64,000 bases of DNA from the human T2T-CHM13v2.0 reference genome, Homo sapiens, in the NCBI RefSeq assembly GCF_009914755.1, contig NC_060946.1; one strand, 5' to 3'. Made by a program: the position numbers and the translations under genes. Positions 22,769 to 34,069 of this stretch are shown piece after piece (the stretch's first letter is position 1; every line of letters begins with the position of its first letter). A model generated the notes under the pieces. It made no database searches. It had not been told where the DNA came from and saw nothing but the letters and a program-made list of their open reading frames with translations.

Positions 22769-22819
22769 TCAGCACCCCGTGGGGACAGCTCCGATCAGCA
22801 CCCGACGGCGGACAGCTCC
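22769..22819 (+). promoter_or_regulatory. Two tandem spacer-expanded RE1/NRSE (REST) motifs
   Basis: TCAGCACC-N6-GGACAGCTCC (22769-22792) and TCAGCACC-N7-GGACAGCTCC (22795-22819). Confidence 0.7.
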
Positions 22820-23333
22820 TCCCGCGCCTCCCGCCTCGCCCGCCACCCCGCTCCGGGCCGCACCCGGGTTAGGGTTCCTGGGGGGATCCTGGGCGCGGCG
22901 GCGCAGCTCCCGGGGCCGCCCCGGCCTCTCGCCCAGAGGAAACAGCCCACGGCGAACCCGAGGCCCGCGGACCCCGGCGCTGCCTCCTCGGCCTCCCGCC
23001 CCGCGCGGGTCCTCCAGGGCGGGGCCCGACGCCCACCCGCCCGCCCCTTCCCTCCCGCCCCTCCCCGGGAAAAATCCTCATCGCACGCCCGGCCCTTCCC
23101 CAACCAGCGCCCGGCAGTGAAGCCGCCGCCTCTCCTCCAACCAGCGTCCCCGGCCGCGTCCCTCCCCCGCCTCCCCCGCCGCCCTCCCCGCGCCGCCGCG
23201 GAGTCCGGGCGAGGTGCGCGGGGCGGACGCCGCAGGGCGTGTCACGAGGTGAGCGGGGCGGGCCGAGCGCCGGCGCGGGGCGCGGCGAGGCTCCCGCACC
23301 CCCCGCCGCAGTCGCGGGCCTCTCCCGGAGAAG

Positions 23334-23398
23334 ATGGCGGATCGCGCGGAGATGTTTTCTCTCTCCACCTTCCACTCGCTGTCGCCGCCGGGCTGCAG
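23334..23398 (+). CDS. MAPK8IP2: MAPK8IP2 exon 1
   Basis: [21 protein letters not shown]; donor AG|GTACCC. Confidence 0.95.
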
Positions 23399-24303
23399 GT
23401 ACCCCCCTCGGCGCCCGGGCCGGGCGGACCCTCCGCTCCCTGCGCACCCCCCCGACCCCGACCCGGCCCGGACCCCCGTCCCCGCCGCCCCAGCCCCGCC
23501 GCCGGCGCGGACCCGGCCCCGGCCCCCTGCGGTCCCTGAGCCTCGGCTCGGGCGCCCCACCCCCACCCCGCTCCCACTCCCTCCATCTTCACCGCGCGTC
23601 CCCAGCCTCAGTGACCCCCGGGCCCCGCCGGGATTCTGAGCCGCGCCCGGCCTGGACGGCTGACCTGTCAAGGGTGGAGGCCCTGGGCCGACCCTCTGCG
23701 GGGGAGGATGCGGGCGGGATGCGGGCACACCCTCCCGGCGCGGCGTGTCCCGGTGGCCTTGGCCTCTTTCAGTGGACGCCAGACCTGGCCGATAGGGCCC
23801 GGCCGGGAGAGAGTGGAAATCAAGCCCGGAGCCCTGCGGGAAGGGACTGGGGTAGGGAGGACGCTGGGCCTCTGGGTTTAGGCCTCACTCCGCCGGAGAG
23901 GGGGAGACAAACAGGCCAGACTCTCTTCCCAGAGCAGGAGCGACCCCTCCCCATCTGCCGCTGCCGCGTTGCAGCTCCCCCTCCCCTGCTCTGCAAGACC
24001 CTGACCCCAGGGGCCTGGAGCTGCGAGTGGAGGGAGGAGAGGCTGCTGGCTCTCCAGGGAGGCGGGGTGGGAGGGGTGGGGGCAGGGTTGGCTCCTCCGG
24101 GCAGGCCTGGCTCAGATGGGGGAGGGGATCCACAGGCGAGCAGAGCTTGGGGGTCAAGATGATGGCAGGATGTGTTCCGAGAGCTGGGGGCTGTGGAAAC
24201 CACTGGGTGTAGGAGCTGACGCCTCCCTCTGCCCCTCCTCAGGGCCAGTTGCCAGGCAGGGAGTCCAGGGTTGGTGGCTCTCTGACCCTGGTCTCCTTTC
24301 CAG

Positions 24304-24409
24304 GCCTCCCCAGGACATAAGCCTGGAAGAATTTGACGACGAAGATCTGTCTGAGATCACTGATGACTGTGGCCTGGGCCTCAGCTACGACTCAGACCAC
24401 TGTGAGAAG
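24304..24409 (+). CDS. MAPK8IP2: MAPK8IP2 exon 2
   Basis: [35 protein letters not shown]. Confidence 0.95.
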
Positions 24410-25737
24410 GTGGGAGAAGAGTTGGGGACACAGATCCAGCTCAAGGGAGGGCCTCATTAGGTTCTTCTTAGCGTTCACTTGGGGTTTTAGGGTGGGTGTG
24501 AGCTCAGCCTTGAACCGGGGACTCCTCTGATGGCTCCTCCCCACTTAACCCTTGAGGTTTCCTTGGTATCAACTCTCTCTTATTCCAACACATTGCAGGC
24601 CTCCACGCAGGGCCTTCCCCAGCATTCTCCCTGACCCCATCGGTGGCCAGCCCGGGGCAGGGAGGTGCTCCTTTGCTTTGGGTGCCCTCTGTCCTCAGAT
24701 CACTCCCAGAAAGATCTAATCCCTGGCAGCTGCCATCACAACCTTGTCCCCTCTGCAGCCCTGTGCCCTCGTCTGCAGCTCCCATCTGTCTGTTTCATGT
24801 CTCCCCCTGCTGAAATCTTTTCTCGTCCATCTCTTGCTTCTCCTCCTCCCTGTCTCTCCACATTTCTGCTTTCATTTATTGAAGAACATTTCTGAGCAAC
24901 TGCCATGTGGCAAGTACTGGGGGCTTCTGGGTGCTGGGAGTGGAACAGGACAGCTGCTCTCTGGAGCTGCAACTTAGTAGGGGAGAAAGACTTGTAAGGG
25001 ACAATGGCTGCCCACGTGTCAAGGGCTGCATTCCAACAGGGACATAAGTTCCACGAGGGGGAAGGGAACCCAATCCACACTGAAGGAATCAGGGAGAATT
25101 TCCAGAGGAAATGTCAACCATGCCCTGAGGTTAGCAGAGCCAGGCAGATGGGGTAGGTAGGAGGGAATGGAGGAGAGGAAGTGCCAGCATGGGGAATAAC
25201 TGTGCCAATGGCCCTGGGGTTGGCGCAAAGTTGGTGAATCCTCAGAGTGCAGAGGCTGTCTCTCCATTTCTGCATCTGTTTGATGTTTACTGAACATCCG
25301 CTGAGCCCCAGGTCTTGTTCTTGGGGGCGGGTGCAACAGTGCATAACATGGACATGACCCTGCCCTGGTGGGGCTTGCAACAGACCAAAAACCATGTCCA
25401 GTAACTGTAAGTTGTGTTAAAACGCTGCGAAGGGAACACAGTGCTGGTGTCAAATGTGATGGGGTTCTGCAGTTAGATGAGTCTGAAAGTGGGGCTGGGG
25501 CTGCTCTGAGAATCCCTGTCATTCAGCTGTAGAGTTTAGGCCCTTCCCAAGAACTGGAGTGATCCCAATGTGTGTTAGGCAGATTTTGAAAACATCGCCC
25601 TGTAGACAGAGGGGCAGAGTGAGCTGGAAGGGGCTCTCCTTTGACTGATGCTCCCCGATTTCCCTTCTCCTAGCACCTGGGCCCCTGGGCTACTGCTGCC
25701 CTCTGGCCCAGCCCTGCTATCTCCCTCCGTCCTGCAG

Positions 25738-26013
25738 GACAGCCTCTCCCTGGGGCGCTCGGAGCAGCCGCACCCCATCTGCTCCTTCCAGGATGACTTC
25801 CAGGAGTTTGAGATGATCGATGACAATGAAGAGGAGGACGATGAGGACGAGGAAGAGGAGGAGGAGGAGGAGGAGGGAGATGGGGAAGGCCAGGAGGGAG
25901 GAGACCCTGGCTCAGAGGCACCTGCCCCCGGGCCCCTTATCCCCTCCCCTTCCGTGGAGGAGCCCCACAAGCACCGGCCCACCACCCTCCGTCTGACCAC
26001 ACTGGGGGCCCAG
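25738..26013 (+). CDS. MAPK8IP2: MAPK8IP2 exon 3 (acidic tract, JNK-binding motif)
   Basis: [10 protein letters not shown]...[16 protein letters not shown]; GAG-repeat poly-Glu tract. Confidence 0.95.
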
Positions 26014-26140
26014 GTGAGTGCCCGGACCCACAGCTCCCTGGAGCTGAGCCTGGGTTCATAGCACCTGGGCTGCAGCCAGCCCTGCTCACCCCCTGGGAGC
26101 TGGCCCTCCTCAGGACCTCGGTCATGTATCTCCACCCCAG

Positions 26141-26234
26141 GACTCCCTAAACAACAACGGAGGCTTTGACCTGGTGCGTCCGGCCTCCTGGCAGGAGACA
26201 GCGCTATGCTCACCCGCCCCGGAGGCCCTCAGAG
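26141..26234 (+). CDS. MAPK8IP2: MAPK8IP2 exon 4
   Basis: [31 protein letters not shown]. Confidence 0.95.
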
Positions 26235-26355
26235 GTGAGGGGTGGTGGGCCCGCGGGGCGCGGGGAAGCGGGGGAGGAGGGCAGGGAGGATGGACTGGCT
26301 GCTGGAAGAGGCCTGGGTGGTGCAGAGAGGGTGACCCCACCTCCCTGCCCAGCAG

Positions 26356-27579
26356 AGCTCCCGGGCCCCCTCCCTGCCACGGACACCGGGCCCGGCGGGG
26401 CGCAGTCGCCAGTGCGCCCGGGTTGCGACTGCGAAGGGAACCGGCCTGCGGAACCCCCTGCGCCAGGGGGGACTTCGCCCTCCTCAGATCCCGGCATCGA
26501 GGCTGACCTGAGAAGCCGCTCGAGCGGCGGCCGCGGGGGACGTCGCAGCAGCCAGGAGCTGTCCTCGCCCGGCTCCGACTCGGAGGACGCGGGCGGCGCG
26601 CGCCTGGGGCGCATGATCTCGTCCATCTCGGAGACGGAGCTGGAGCTGAGCAGCGATGGCGGAAGCAGCAGCAGCGGCCGCTCCTCGCACCTCACCAACT
26701 CCATCGAGGAGGCCTCGTCGCCCGCCTCGGAGCCGGAGCCCCCGCGCGAACCCCCGCGCCGCCCCGCCTTCCTGCCCGTGGGCCCCGACGACACCAACAG
26801 CGAGTACGAGTCGGGGTCGGAGTCGGAGCCGGACCTCAGCGAGGACGCGGACTCGCCCTGGCTGCTCAGCAACCTGGTGAGCCGCATGATCTCCGAGGGC
26901 TCCTCGCCCATCCGCTGCCCCGGCCAGTGCCTGTCTCCTGCGCCGCGCCCGCCCGGGGAGCCCGTGTCGCCGGCCGGCGGGGCCGCCCAGGACTCCCAGG
27001 ACCCCGAGGCGGCCGCGGGGCCCGGCGGCGTGGAGCTGGTGGACATGGAGACGCTGTGCGCGCCGCCGCCGCCCGCGCCCGCCGCGCCTCGACCCGGCCC
27101 CGCGCAGCCCGGGCCCTGCCTATTCCTCAGCAACCCCACGCGTGACACCATCACGCCGCTGTGGGCCGCGCCCGGCCGCGCCGCCCGCCCGGGACGAGCC
27201 TGCTCCGCCGCCTGCTCCGAGGAGGAGGACGAAGAGGACGACGAGGAAGAGGAGGATGCCGAGGACAGTGCGGGGTCCCCCGGGGGCAGGGGCACGGGCC
27301 CCTCGGCGCCGCGGGACGCGTCGCTGGTGTACGACGCGGTCAAGTACACGCTGGTGGTGGATGAACACACGCAGCTGGAGCTGGTGAGCCTGCGGCGCTG
27401 TGCTGGGCTGGGCCACGACAGCGAAGAGGACAGCGGCGGGGAGGCCAGCGAGGAGGAGGCGGGCGCGGCGCTGCTAGGCGGCGGTCAGGTCTCGGGGGAC
27501 ACCTCGCCGGACAGCCCTGACCTCACTTTCTCCAAGAAGTTCCTCAATGTCTTCGTCAACAGCACATCTCGGTCCTCCA
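26356..27579 (+). CDS. MAPK8IP2: MAPK8IP2 exon 5 (1224 nt)
   Basis: [10 protein letters not shown]...[16 protein letters not shown]; donor A|GTGAGT. Confidence 0.95.
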
Positions 27580-27882
27580 GTGAGTGAGAGGTGGGGAAAA
27601 GGGGGGTGGCCCAGAGGAAGGTGCAGACTCCCTGGCCCCAGTCCCAGGGTCCCCCACAGTGCCCAGGGCCACCTGAGGGTCTGGCTGTGGTCAGGGCTGG
27701 GTGCCCTCTCCCACCCAGGACATGGCATGAGGTGGCCTGCTCTGCCTCAGCTCCTTCCCGCTCGTAGGACACCTACACCGGACTGTGGAGGGGACTTGGC
27801 CTCTGCCCAAGGCCAGGCCTCTAAGCACTACTCTGACTCTGTCTCCCTGTCTCCCCCGCCTCTGTCCTGCCGGGTCTCCCAG

Positions 27883-27958
27883 GCACCGAGTCCTTTGGCC
27901 TTTTCTCCTGTCTGGTCAACGGCGAGGAGCGAGAGCAGACTCACCGGGCTGTGTTCAG
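27883..27958 (+). CDS. MAPK8IP2: MAPK8IP2 exon 6
   Basis: [24 protein letters not shown]. Confidence 0.95.
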
Positions 27959-28076
27959 GTACGGCCTCCCTCCTTGCTGGCGGTGGCCCCAGCCTCAGTC
28001 CCTGCCATCACGGAACGCCAGTGGACACGACCGTCAATCCCGCCCCCCTCCCCAGTGACCTCTCCCCCAACGGCAG

Positions 28077-28249
28077 GTTCATCCCGCGGCATCCAGACGA
28101 GCTGGAGCTGGATGTGGATGACCCTGTGTTGGTGGAGGCCGAGGAGGACGACTTCTGGTTCCGTGGCTTCAACATGCGCACGGGGGAGCGCGGTGTGTTT
28201 CCTGCCTTCTACGCCCATGCGGTGCCCGGCCCTGCCAAGGACCTGCTGG
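28077..28249 (+). CDS. MAPK8IP2: MAPK8IP2 exon 7 (SH3)
   Basis: [19 protein letters not shown]...PAKDLL. Confidence 0.95.
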
Positions 28250-28339
28250 GTGAGGTCCCAACCCCGAGGGGAGGCTTTTCACCCCAGATCCTCCCCTGTG
28301 CCCCTGCCTGACCTGGGCCCTCTGTGCCCCGCTCCCCAG

Positions 28340-28449
28340 GGAGTAAGCGGAGCCCCTGCTGGGTGGAGCGCTTTGACGTGCAGTTCCTGGGCTCCGTGGA
28401 GGTGCCCTGCCACCAGGGCAACGGCATCCTGTGTGCAGCCATGCAGAAG
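28340..28449 (+). CDS. MAPK8IP2: MAPK8IP2 exon 8 (PTB start)
   Basis: [36 protein letters not shown]. Confidence 0.95.
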
Positions 28450-29194
28450 GTCAGTGTGGAGGCCGGGCAAGTGCAGGCTGAGGGTCCGCTTGGCGGCCAC
28501 ACCAGCACTGCAGGCTGGCACAGGGCTTGAGGCTCCAAGGTCTGAGGTCTGATTTCCTCCAGGGAGGGTCTGGGGGATGCTGCAGGGGGAGCTCGGGGTG
28601 GGTACCCCAGGCCCTGGTTCAGAGGCCTGAGCAGGTGAGTCTAGGGCAGAGCACAGCAGCTGTCCCTCATCACCTCTGGGTCTCTGGGCCACAGATCTTC
28701 CAGGTGGCCCCGACTGCCATCAGCCCTTCCTCTTCCCATCTGGAATCAAGACCAGCCCTCACAGCCCCTTCCCTGGGAGCCCTCTACTCATCCACTCACT
28801 CAGTGGACGTTTAGTGAGCACCTGCCCAGGCACCAGTACTGAGGCTGAGGCTGGGGGGCAGTAGGGAGCAGGGCAGAGCAGCCCTGCATCTGAGAGCTCC
28901 CTCAAGCTTGTGTGGCCAGTCTCTGTTCCTGGCTCCTGAGCCAAGCGCAGCAGCCTGCCTGGAGGAGCAGAAGGAAGATGAAGCAAGCTGACTGCAGAGA
29001 GGCGATTGCTCCTCCTGAGCCTGAGGAGTGGCCAAGGCCACACCCCTTATGTCTTCCAGAATTGCATCTCAGGGTCCTCAGCATGTGTGTCCTCAAACAT
29101 AAGCTAAAAGGAGCAGAGGCGTAGTCCCACCAAGGGGAAAGAAAGGCCCTTGTGGGCTCCTCAAGACCCTCTTCTCCCCCAACTTCTTCTGTAG

Positions 29195-29302
29195 ATTGCC
29201 ACTGCCCGGAAACTGACCGTCCACCTGCGCCCTCCTGCCTCCTGTGACCTCGAGATCTCTCTTCGGGGGGTCAAGCTGAGTCTGAGCGGAGGAGGGCCTG
29301 AG
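29195..29302 (+). CDS. MAPK8IP2: MAPK8IP2 exon 9
   Basis: [36 protein letters not shown]. Confidence 0.95.
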
Positions 29303-29457
29303 GTGGGAGTGTGGGGGACTGGGGACCGGGGACTGGGGGATAGGGTTAGGCCACGGAGTCCGACGGGGCCAGGCTGGCAGGGGTGTCCAGTAGGTGGGAG
29401 GCAGGGGTGGCGCCAGGCCTCCTTTGACACAGGGACTTCTGCCCACCTCTGCTCTAG

Positions 29458-29528
29458 TTCCAGCGCTGCAGCCATTTCTTCCAGATGAAGAACATCTCCT
29501 TCTGCGGCTGCCATCCCCGCAACAGCTG
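29458..29528 (+). CDS. MAPK8IP2: MAPK8IP2 exon 10
   Basis: [23 protein letters not shown]. Confidence 0.95.
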
Positions 29529-30786
29529 GTGAGAGTCTGACTGTCCCCGAGTCCCCCAACCGCCCCCACAAACCCTGAGAGTCCAACCACCCCCTGAGTC
29601 CCCACAGACCCTGAGGGCTGCCCGTGCCCAGCCCTGAGAGCTCCACCTGCACCCACTTAGCTCTGTGAGCTGAGCCTGCAGTGGCGCCTGCTCTGAGCTG
29701 GACTCAGGAGGCGTGGGTCAGACAGGCTTGCATCCAGTCTGGGTGGAGAGAGGCACACGGGCGAAGGATGTGAGAAGCCTGTGTGGGTGCAGAGGACGCC
29801 TGAGTGGGCCTGGGGCTCAGGATGGCCAGCCTGGAAACACAGCAGGTGACAGGGGTGGGGAAGTGGATCTTCCTGGTGGGGTCTAGCTGAGCCAAGGGTG
29901 TGGGATGCACTGGTCGGGGGCTATATAGGCTCTGGGGCCCGCGTGTAAGGGGAGCAGCTAGAAATGCCGGGGAAGACCTGGACCCTTTTGATTATGCCAA
30001 GGAGCTGTACTTAATCTTGCTGGTAATGAGGCCATAGAAGGCTCCTAATGGAAGGAGGTGACACAGGGGACCTGGGGGCTGCTGAGGTTATACAGGTGCT
30101 ATGTCCTGAGACCAAGTGTGCAGATGCAAGAGGCACTGAAGAGGCAGTACAGGCAGGACCTAGGTTGACCGGCTGTAGAGGGTGACCTGGAAGAGACCAG
30201 GGTGACGTCTCCCTGGGGGATGGTTGTACTGCAGCCCACACACCGAGAGGGGATGCGGGATCAATCACAAACGGTGAGACTGAAGTGGCCGTTGGTCTCA
30301 TGGGTCTGGAGTTTAGGAGGGAGACCTGGAGGGAAGATACCAGGTCAGAGCAGGTAGATCACTGAGACGAGAGGGGAATGGCCAGGCAGGGTGAGGGGAG
30401 GAGGGGAGGAGGAGGTGCTGGCATAGGAGCAGCAGGCCAAGGGGGGCTGCCAGCTTCCCTCCAGGCACAGGCCCCTGCCCTCTGTGTCCCAGCACCCTAG
30501 AGGAAGGAGATCTGGGAGGAACCAGAGAGGCAGAGCCAGCCAGAGGCTGGAAAGGACTTGCGGGGAGTTGGAGGAAGCAGGCTCACAGACAGGCAAGACA
30601 CAGCAGGGCACGGTGCTGCCAGGACTGAGGCGTGGGACAGACGTCAGTGCATCTTGGGGGCCTTGTGGACTCTCCCTGTGGTCGAGAGTGAGGGTGCTGC
30701 CTGCTGGAAGGTGCGGAGCCCTTTTGTGTTGTCCCCGCCGAGTGCAGAGATGGTCTGATGGGATCCATGCGGAAACGCTGCTCAGT

Positions 30787-31415
30787 GGGGTGGAGAGGTG
30801 GGACAGCGGGCAGCGATGCAGACCAGACTGCGGGGCCAGCTCTGGGGTGGAGAGGTGGGACAGCGGGCAGGGGCGCAGACCAGACAGCGGGGCCAGCTCT
30901 GGGGTGGAAAGGTGGGACAGTGGGCAGGGGCGCAGACCAGACAGTGGGGCCAGCTCTGGGGTCACCAGGACAGCGAACGGGGCGCAGACCAGACAGCAGG
31001 GACAGCTCTGGGGTGGAGAGGTGGGACAGCGGGCAGGGGCGCAGACCAGACAGCGGGGCCAGCTCTGGGGTGGAGAGGTGGGACAGTGGGCAGGGGCGCA
31101 GACCAGACAGTGGGGCCAGCTCTGGGGTCACCGGGACAGCGAACGGGGCGCAGACCAGACAGCAGGGACAGCTCTGGGGTGGAGAGGTGGGACAGCGGGC
31201 AGGGGCGCAGACCAGACAGCAGGGACAGCTCTGGGGTGGAGAGGTGGGACAGTGGGCACGGGCGCAGACCAGACAGTGGGGCCAGCTCTGGGGTCACCGG
31301 GACAGCGGACGGGGCGCAGACCAGACAGTGGGGCCAGCTCTGGGGTCACCGGGACAGCGGACGGGGCGCAGACCAGACAGTGGGGACAGCTCTGGGGTCA
31401 CTGGGACAGCGGACG
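30787..31415. repeat. G-rich minisatellite in MAPK8IP2 intron 10 (57-bp A units and 52-bp B units)
   Basis: Order AAAB AAB AAB B plus a partial B; shared core GGGGCGCAGACCAGACAG..CAGCTCT. Confidence 0.95.
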
Positions 31416-32748
31416 CTGCCAGGAGAGGAAGAATGACCCAAATTTCTCATCAGAAGGAAACTGGGTGAAGCTCAGGTCTCAGGCTGGACAGGGCCCCAGC
31501 TAGAATTTCGTGAGAGGAAGGTGGTCAGTCGAGTTTGGGGTTTGGAGTCAAGATGTGGCAGGGGTGTGGGAGGAGGTGGAGGAGCTGCTGCCCTGGCCCA
31601 GACCTTCCTAATATTTGTCACCCCAGACCCCCCGTCCCCGGTCCCTTGCCACGAGGAGGCACGGACGAAACCGTGTGAGGTGAACGATGAACTCGTTTCT
31701 TCATGGCGGTGGTGGTAGGTCAGGAGAGCGTGGGGTGTGCTGTGTTGGGATCTGGCATTAGGATGTCTGGTGTTGGGATCACAGACTGTAGCCTTTTCTC
31801 CCAGGGCTGCCCATCCTGCCTGTGTGTCCTGGGCAAGCTCCTGAACCTCTGTGCCTAGCTCTCCATCAGGGCCCTACCTCAGAGGGCTGTTGTGAGGCTT
31901 CTGTGAGTTAATGGAAAGGGCAGAGGATGGTGCCTGAGTAATGCAGGAAGCCAGATCTGTGGGTCGGCGCTTATTACCATCATGACTTGAACGCGGCATT
32001 TGAGGCGGGCCCTGTGCTCTGTCTGTGGACAGCGTGCACACACTGTCCTGGCAAGCAGACCATCATGTGGCTTCCCATTTGGTGGAATCGCAAAGCCCCG
32101 AAGCCATGGGGGAATGGACGGGTCGGCCAGTTTCAGGGGTGGGGGTGGGGCAGCGTCCTGCTGCAGAGCTCTGCCTGCCTCTCCCTCTGGACGACGATTT
32201 TTGATTTTTGCTAATGTCTGGGTGGAGGAGCTGGGCAGTGACTCCATGAGCGAGGCCCCGCAAGGAGCTGCTTTCCAGTGGGAGCGAGGGGTAGACCGGA
32301 AGAGGGTTTTACAGACCAGGGGTAACGTCCAGCCCCACCTCGGAGCTGGGCAAGGGGCTGTCAGTCTGCTAGGCCCGCAGGAGGAGGCCTGAGTTGGCAG
32401 GAGATATGGTCTCCAGTAGCCAGGCAGAGGCCTTGCTCTGTGGTCCTGGGGCAGGCCCTGAATAGGGCCACAGAGGGTAGCAGCACCGGCTCAGAGAAGG
32501 GAGAGTGGACGCCCCTGGTCATCATGGAATTAACTCAGAGCGTGAACTCTTGGTAGGTGCCCAGCCCTGTGCTTGGGCTGAAACCAAAAAAAGACAACTT
32601 CAGATCTTGAAATTGTGCGACCCCCACACTCCTGTCCCTTACCCTCTCCCCAAGCCCTTTGTTCCTGCCTCTTCTCTCTACATCATTTGTGGGGTGGCCA
32701 AGGCTGGGCCAGGGCTCTGACGTGCCCTCCACACTGACTTGCCCGCAG

Positions 32749-32847
32749 CTATTTCGGCTTCATCACCAAACACCCCCTGCTGAGCCGCTTCGCCTGCCAC
32801 GTCTTTGTCTCCCAGGAGTCCATGAGGCCGGTGGCGCAGAGTGTGGG
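32749..32847 (+). CDS. MAPK8IP2: MAPK8IP2 exon 11
   Basis: [32 protein letters not shown]. Confidence 0.95.
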
Positions 32848-33243
32848 GTGAGTGGGGCCCCAGGGTGTGGGTGCAGAATGGGTGCAGGGGTACGGAGGTG
32901 GGGAGCGGAGGTGAGCAGGTGGGGGCAGGAGCCTGGCAGGGGAGGTCTGGGGAAGGAGAACCAGATGTGCTGTGTAGAGAGGGCAGTGGTGGGTGACAGT
33001 TTGGGGTGCTGGGCATGGGGTGGGAACAGGCACAGACACATGGCCCAGGCACTCTGGCAGGGGTAGAATTGCTGGGCCAGGAGAGCTGAGGGTCACACTT
33101 GGGGGTGACATGGCCATGCCTGGGTGGGGGGTTATGGATGGCTGCAGAGGGAGGAAGGAGGGAGAGCTCAGAGGCTCTGTGGAAGGCAGTTTGGGGGTTG
33201 AGGACCGGCCCTGAGTGGCTGGTGGAGGACCGTCTTTCCCCAG

Positions 33244-33316
33244 CCGCGCCTTCCTGGAGTACTACCAAGAGCACCTGGCGTACGCCTGCCCCACGGAGGA
33301 CATCTACCTGGAGTAG
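33244..33316 (+). CDS. MAPK8IP2: MAPK8IP2 exon 12 (coding part)
   Basis: [23 protein letters not shown] then TAG. Confidence 0.95.
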
Positions 33317-34063
33317 CCTGCCCACCGCTCTGTCTCCTGGCCGTCTGCTCCAGGCGCAGCTGGGGCTGAGGATGTCTCAAGAGGCCACCATGGCTTTGGC
33401 AAGGACTGGATTGGGGGGACATGGGACCTTACGCTTGTGGGGGTCTGCGGGCTGGGAACTCTCGTCCTCGGTCCCCAGGGCGCAGCTGTTGGGGCTGCGG
33501 GGGAGTGGAGCCCCCGTGCCCCTGCTTTTCCTCAGATCCGTTCTTTCTCTGTGTTGTCCTCCTCCTTCCCTTCCCAGTCTCCCTTTTCTCTCTCCTGGTG
33601 TCTCTGCCCCTCTCTGTGCCTGCAAACCTTATCCTCTATTCTTCACTTTGGGGTCAGAACTTCGGGGGTGTGGAGGAGGTGCGGCTCTAGGGACAGGTAA
33701 TGTCGGCTTCCAAGTGATGCCCTCCTGCCACTCCCCTGCGATTTATAAGGGAATTTTAATTTTTATAGTGAATCTCAAGGGATCATCCCATCCTTGACCA
33801 CAGGGACAAGAGGGGCCCCCTCGCCCCAGCCCCACCCCACATGGAGCTCAGGGGGAAGCAGGGAGGGGTTCCCAAAAGAGCCCTGCGGAGGCTAGGAGTG
33901 GTTCTTGATGCTCACCTGAAGCCCCTAGACGCTGCTAGGAGGGGGGGCCCTCCTGGGCCCCCAATACCCCTCCGCTTGCCGCTGCTAGCGCACCCCTGCA
34001 GTCCAGCGTGCATCCACCCCACGCACGCCCCGTGCTGTGTTCCTGGGCCCTGCCCATGGCCTC

Positions 34064-34069
34064 AATAAA
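34064..34069 (+). terminator. MAPK8IP2: MAPK8IP2 proximal poly(A) signal
   Basis: AATAAA about 750 nt after the stop, followed by GT/T-rich sequence. Confidence 0.8.

Larger units (their letters stand above)
22720..23900. promoter_or_regulatory. CpG-island promoter of MAPK8IP2
   Basis: Dense CpG and GC boxes surrounding exon 1. Confidence 0.85.
23334..33316 (+). other. MAPK8IP2: JNK-interacting protein 2 (JIP2/IB2) gene, coding span, 12 exons, 824 aa
   Basis: Exons sum to 2475 nt. JNK docking motif [12 protein letters not shown]3 domain ([11 protein letters not shown]...GVFPAFYA), PTB domain and kinesin-light-chain-binding C-terminus PTEDIYLE are present. Confidence 0.98.

Noticed and set aside
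22595-24162. Several 200-314 aa ORFs over the MAPK8IP2 promoter (similar ones at 5157-5880 and 50209-51102)
   Set aside because: Stop-codon depletion in CpG islands; Pro/Arg/Ala/Gly-rich, many with non-ATG starts, no recognisable domains.
26210-27370. 386-aa antisense ORF opposite MAPK8IP2 exon 5
   Set aside because: Shadow of GC-rich coding sequence; low-complexity Ser/Pro/Gly/Ala composition and no independent gene signals.
30345-31503. Long repetitive ORFs in several frames (up to 339 aa)
   Set aside because: Translations of the intronic minisatellite.
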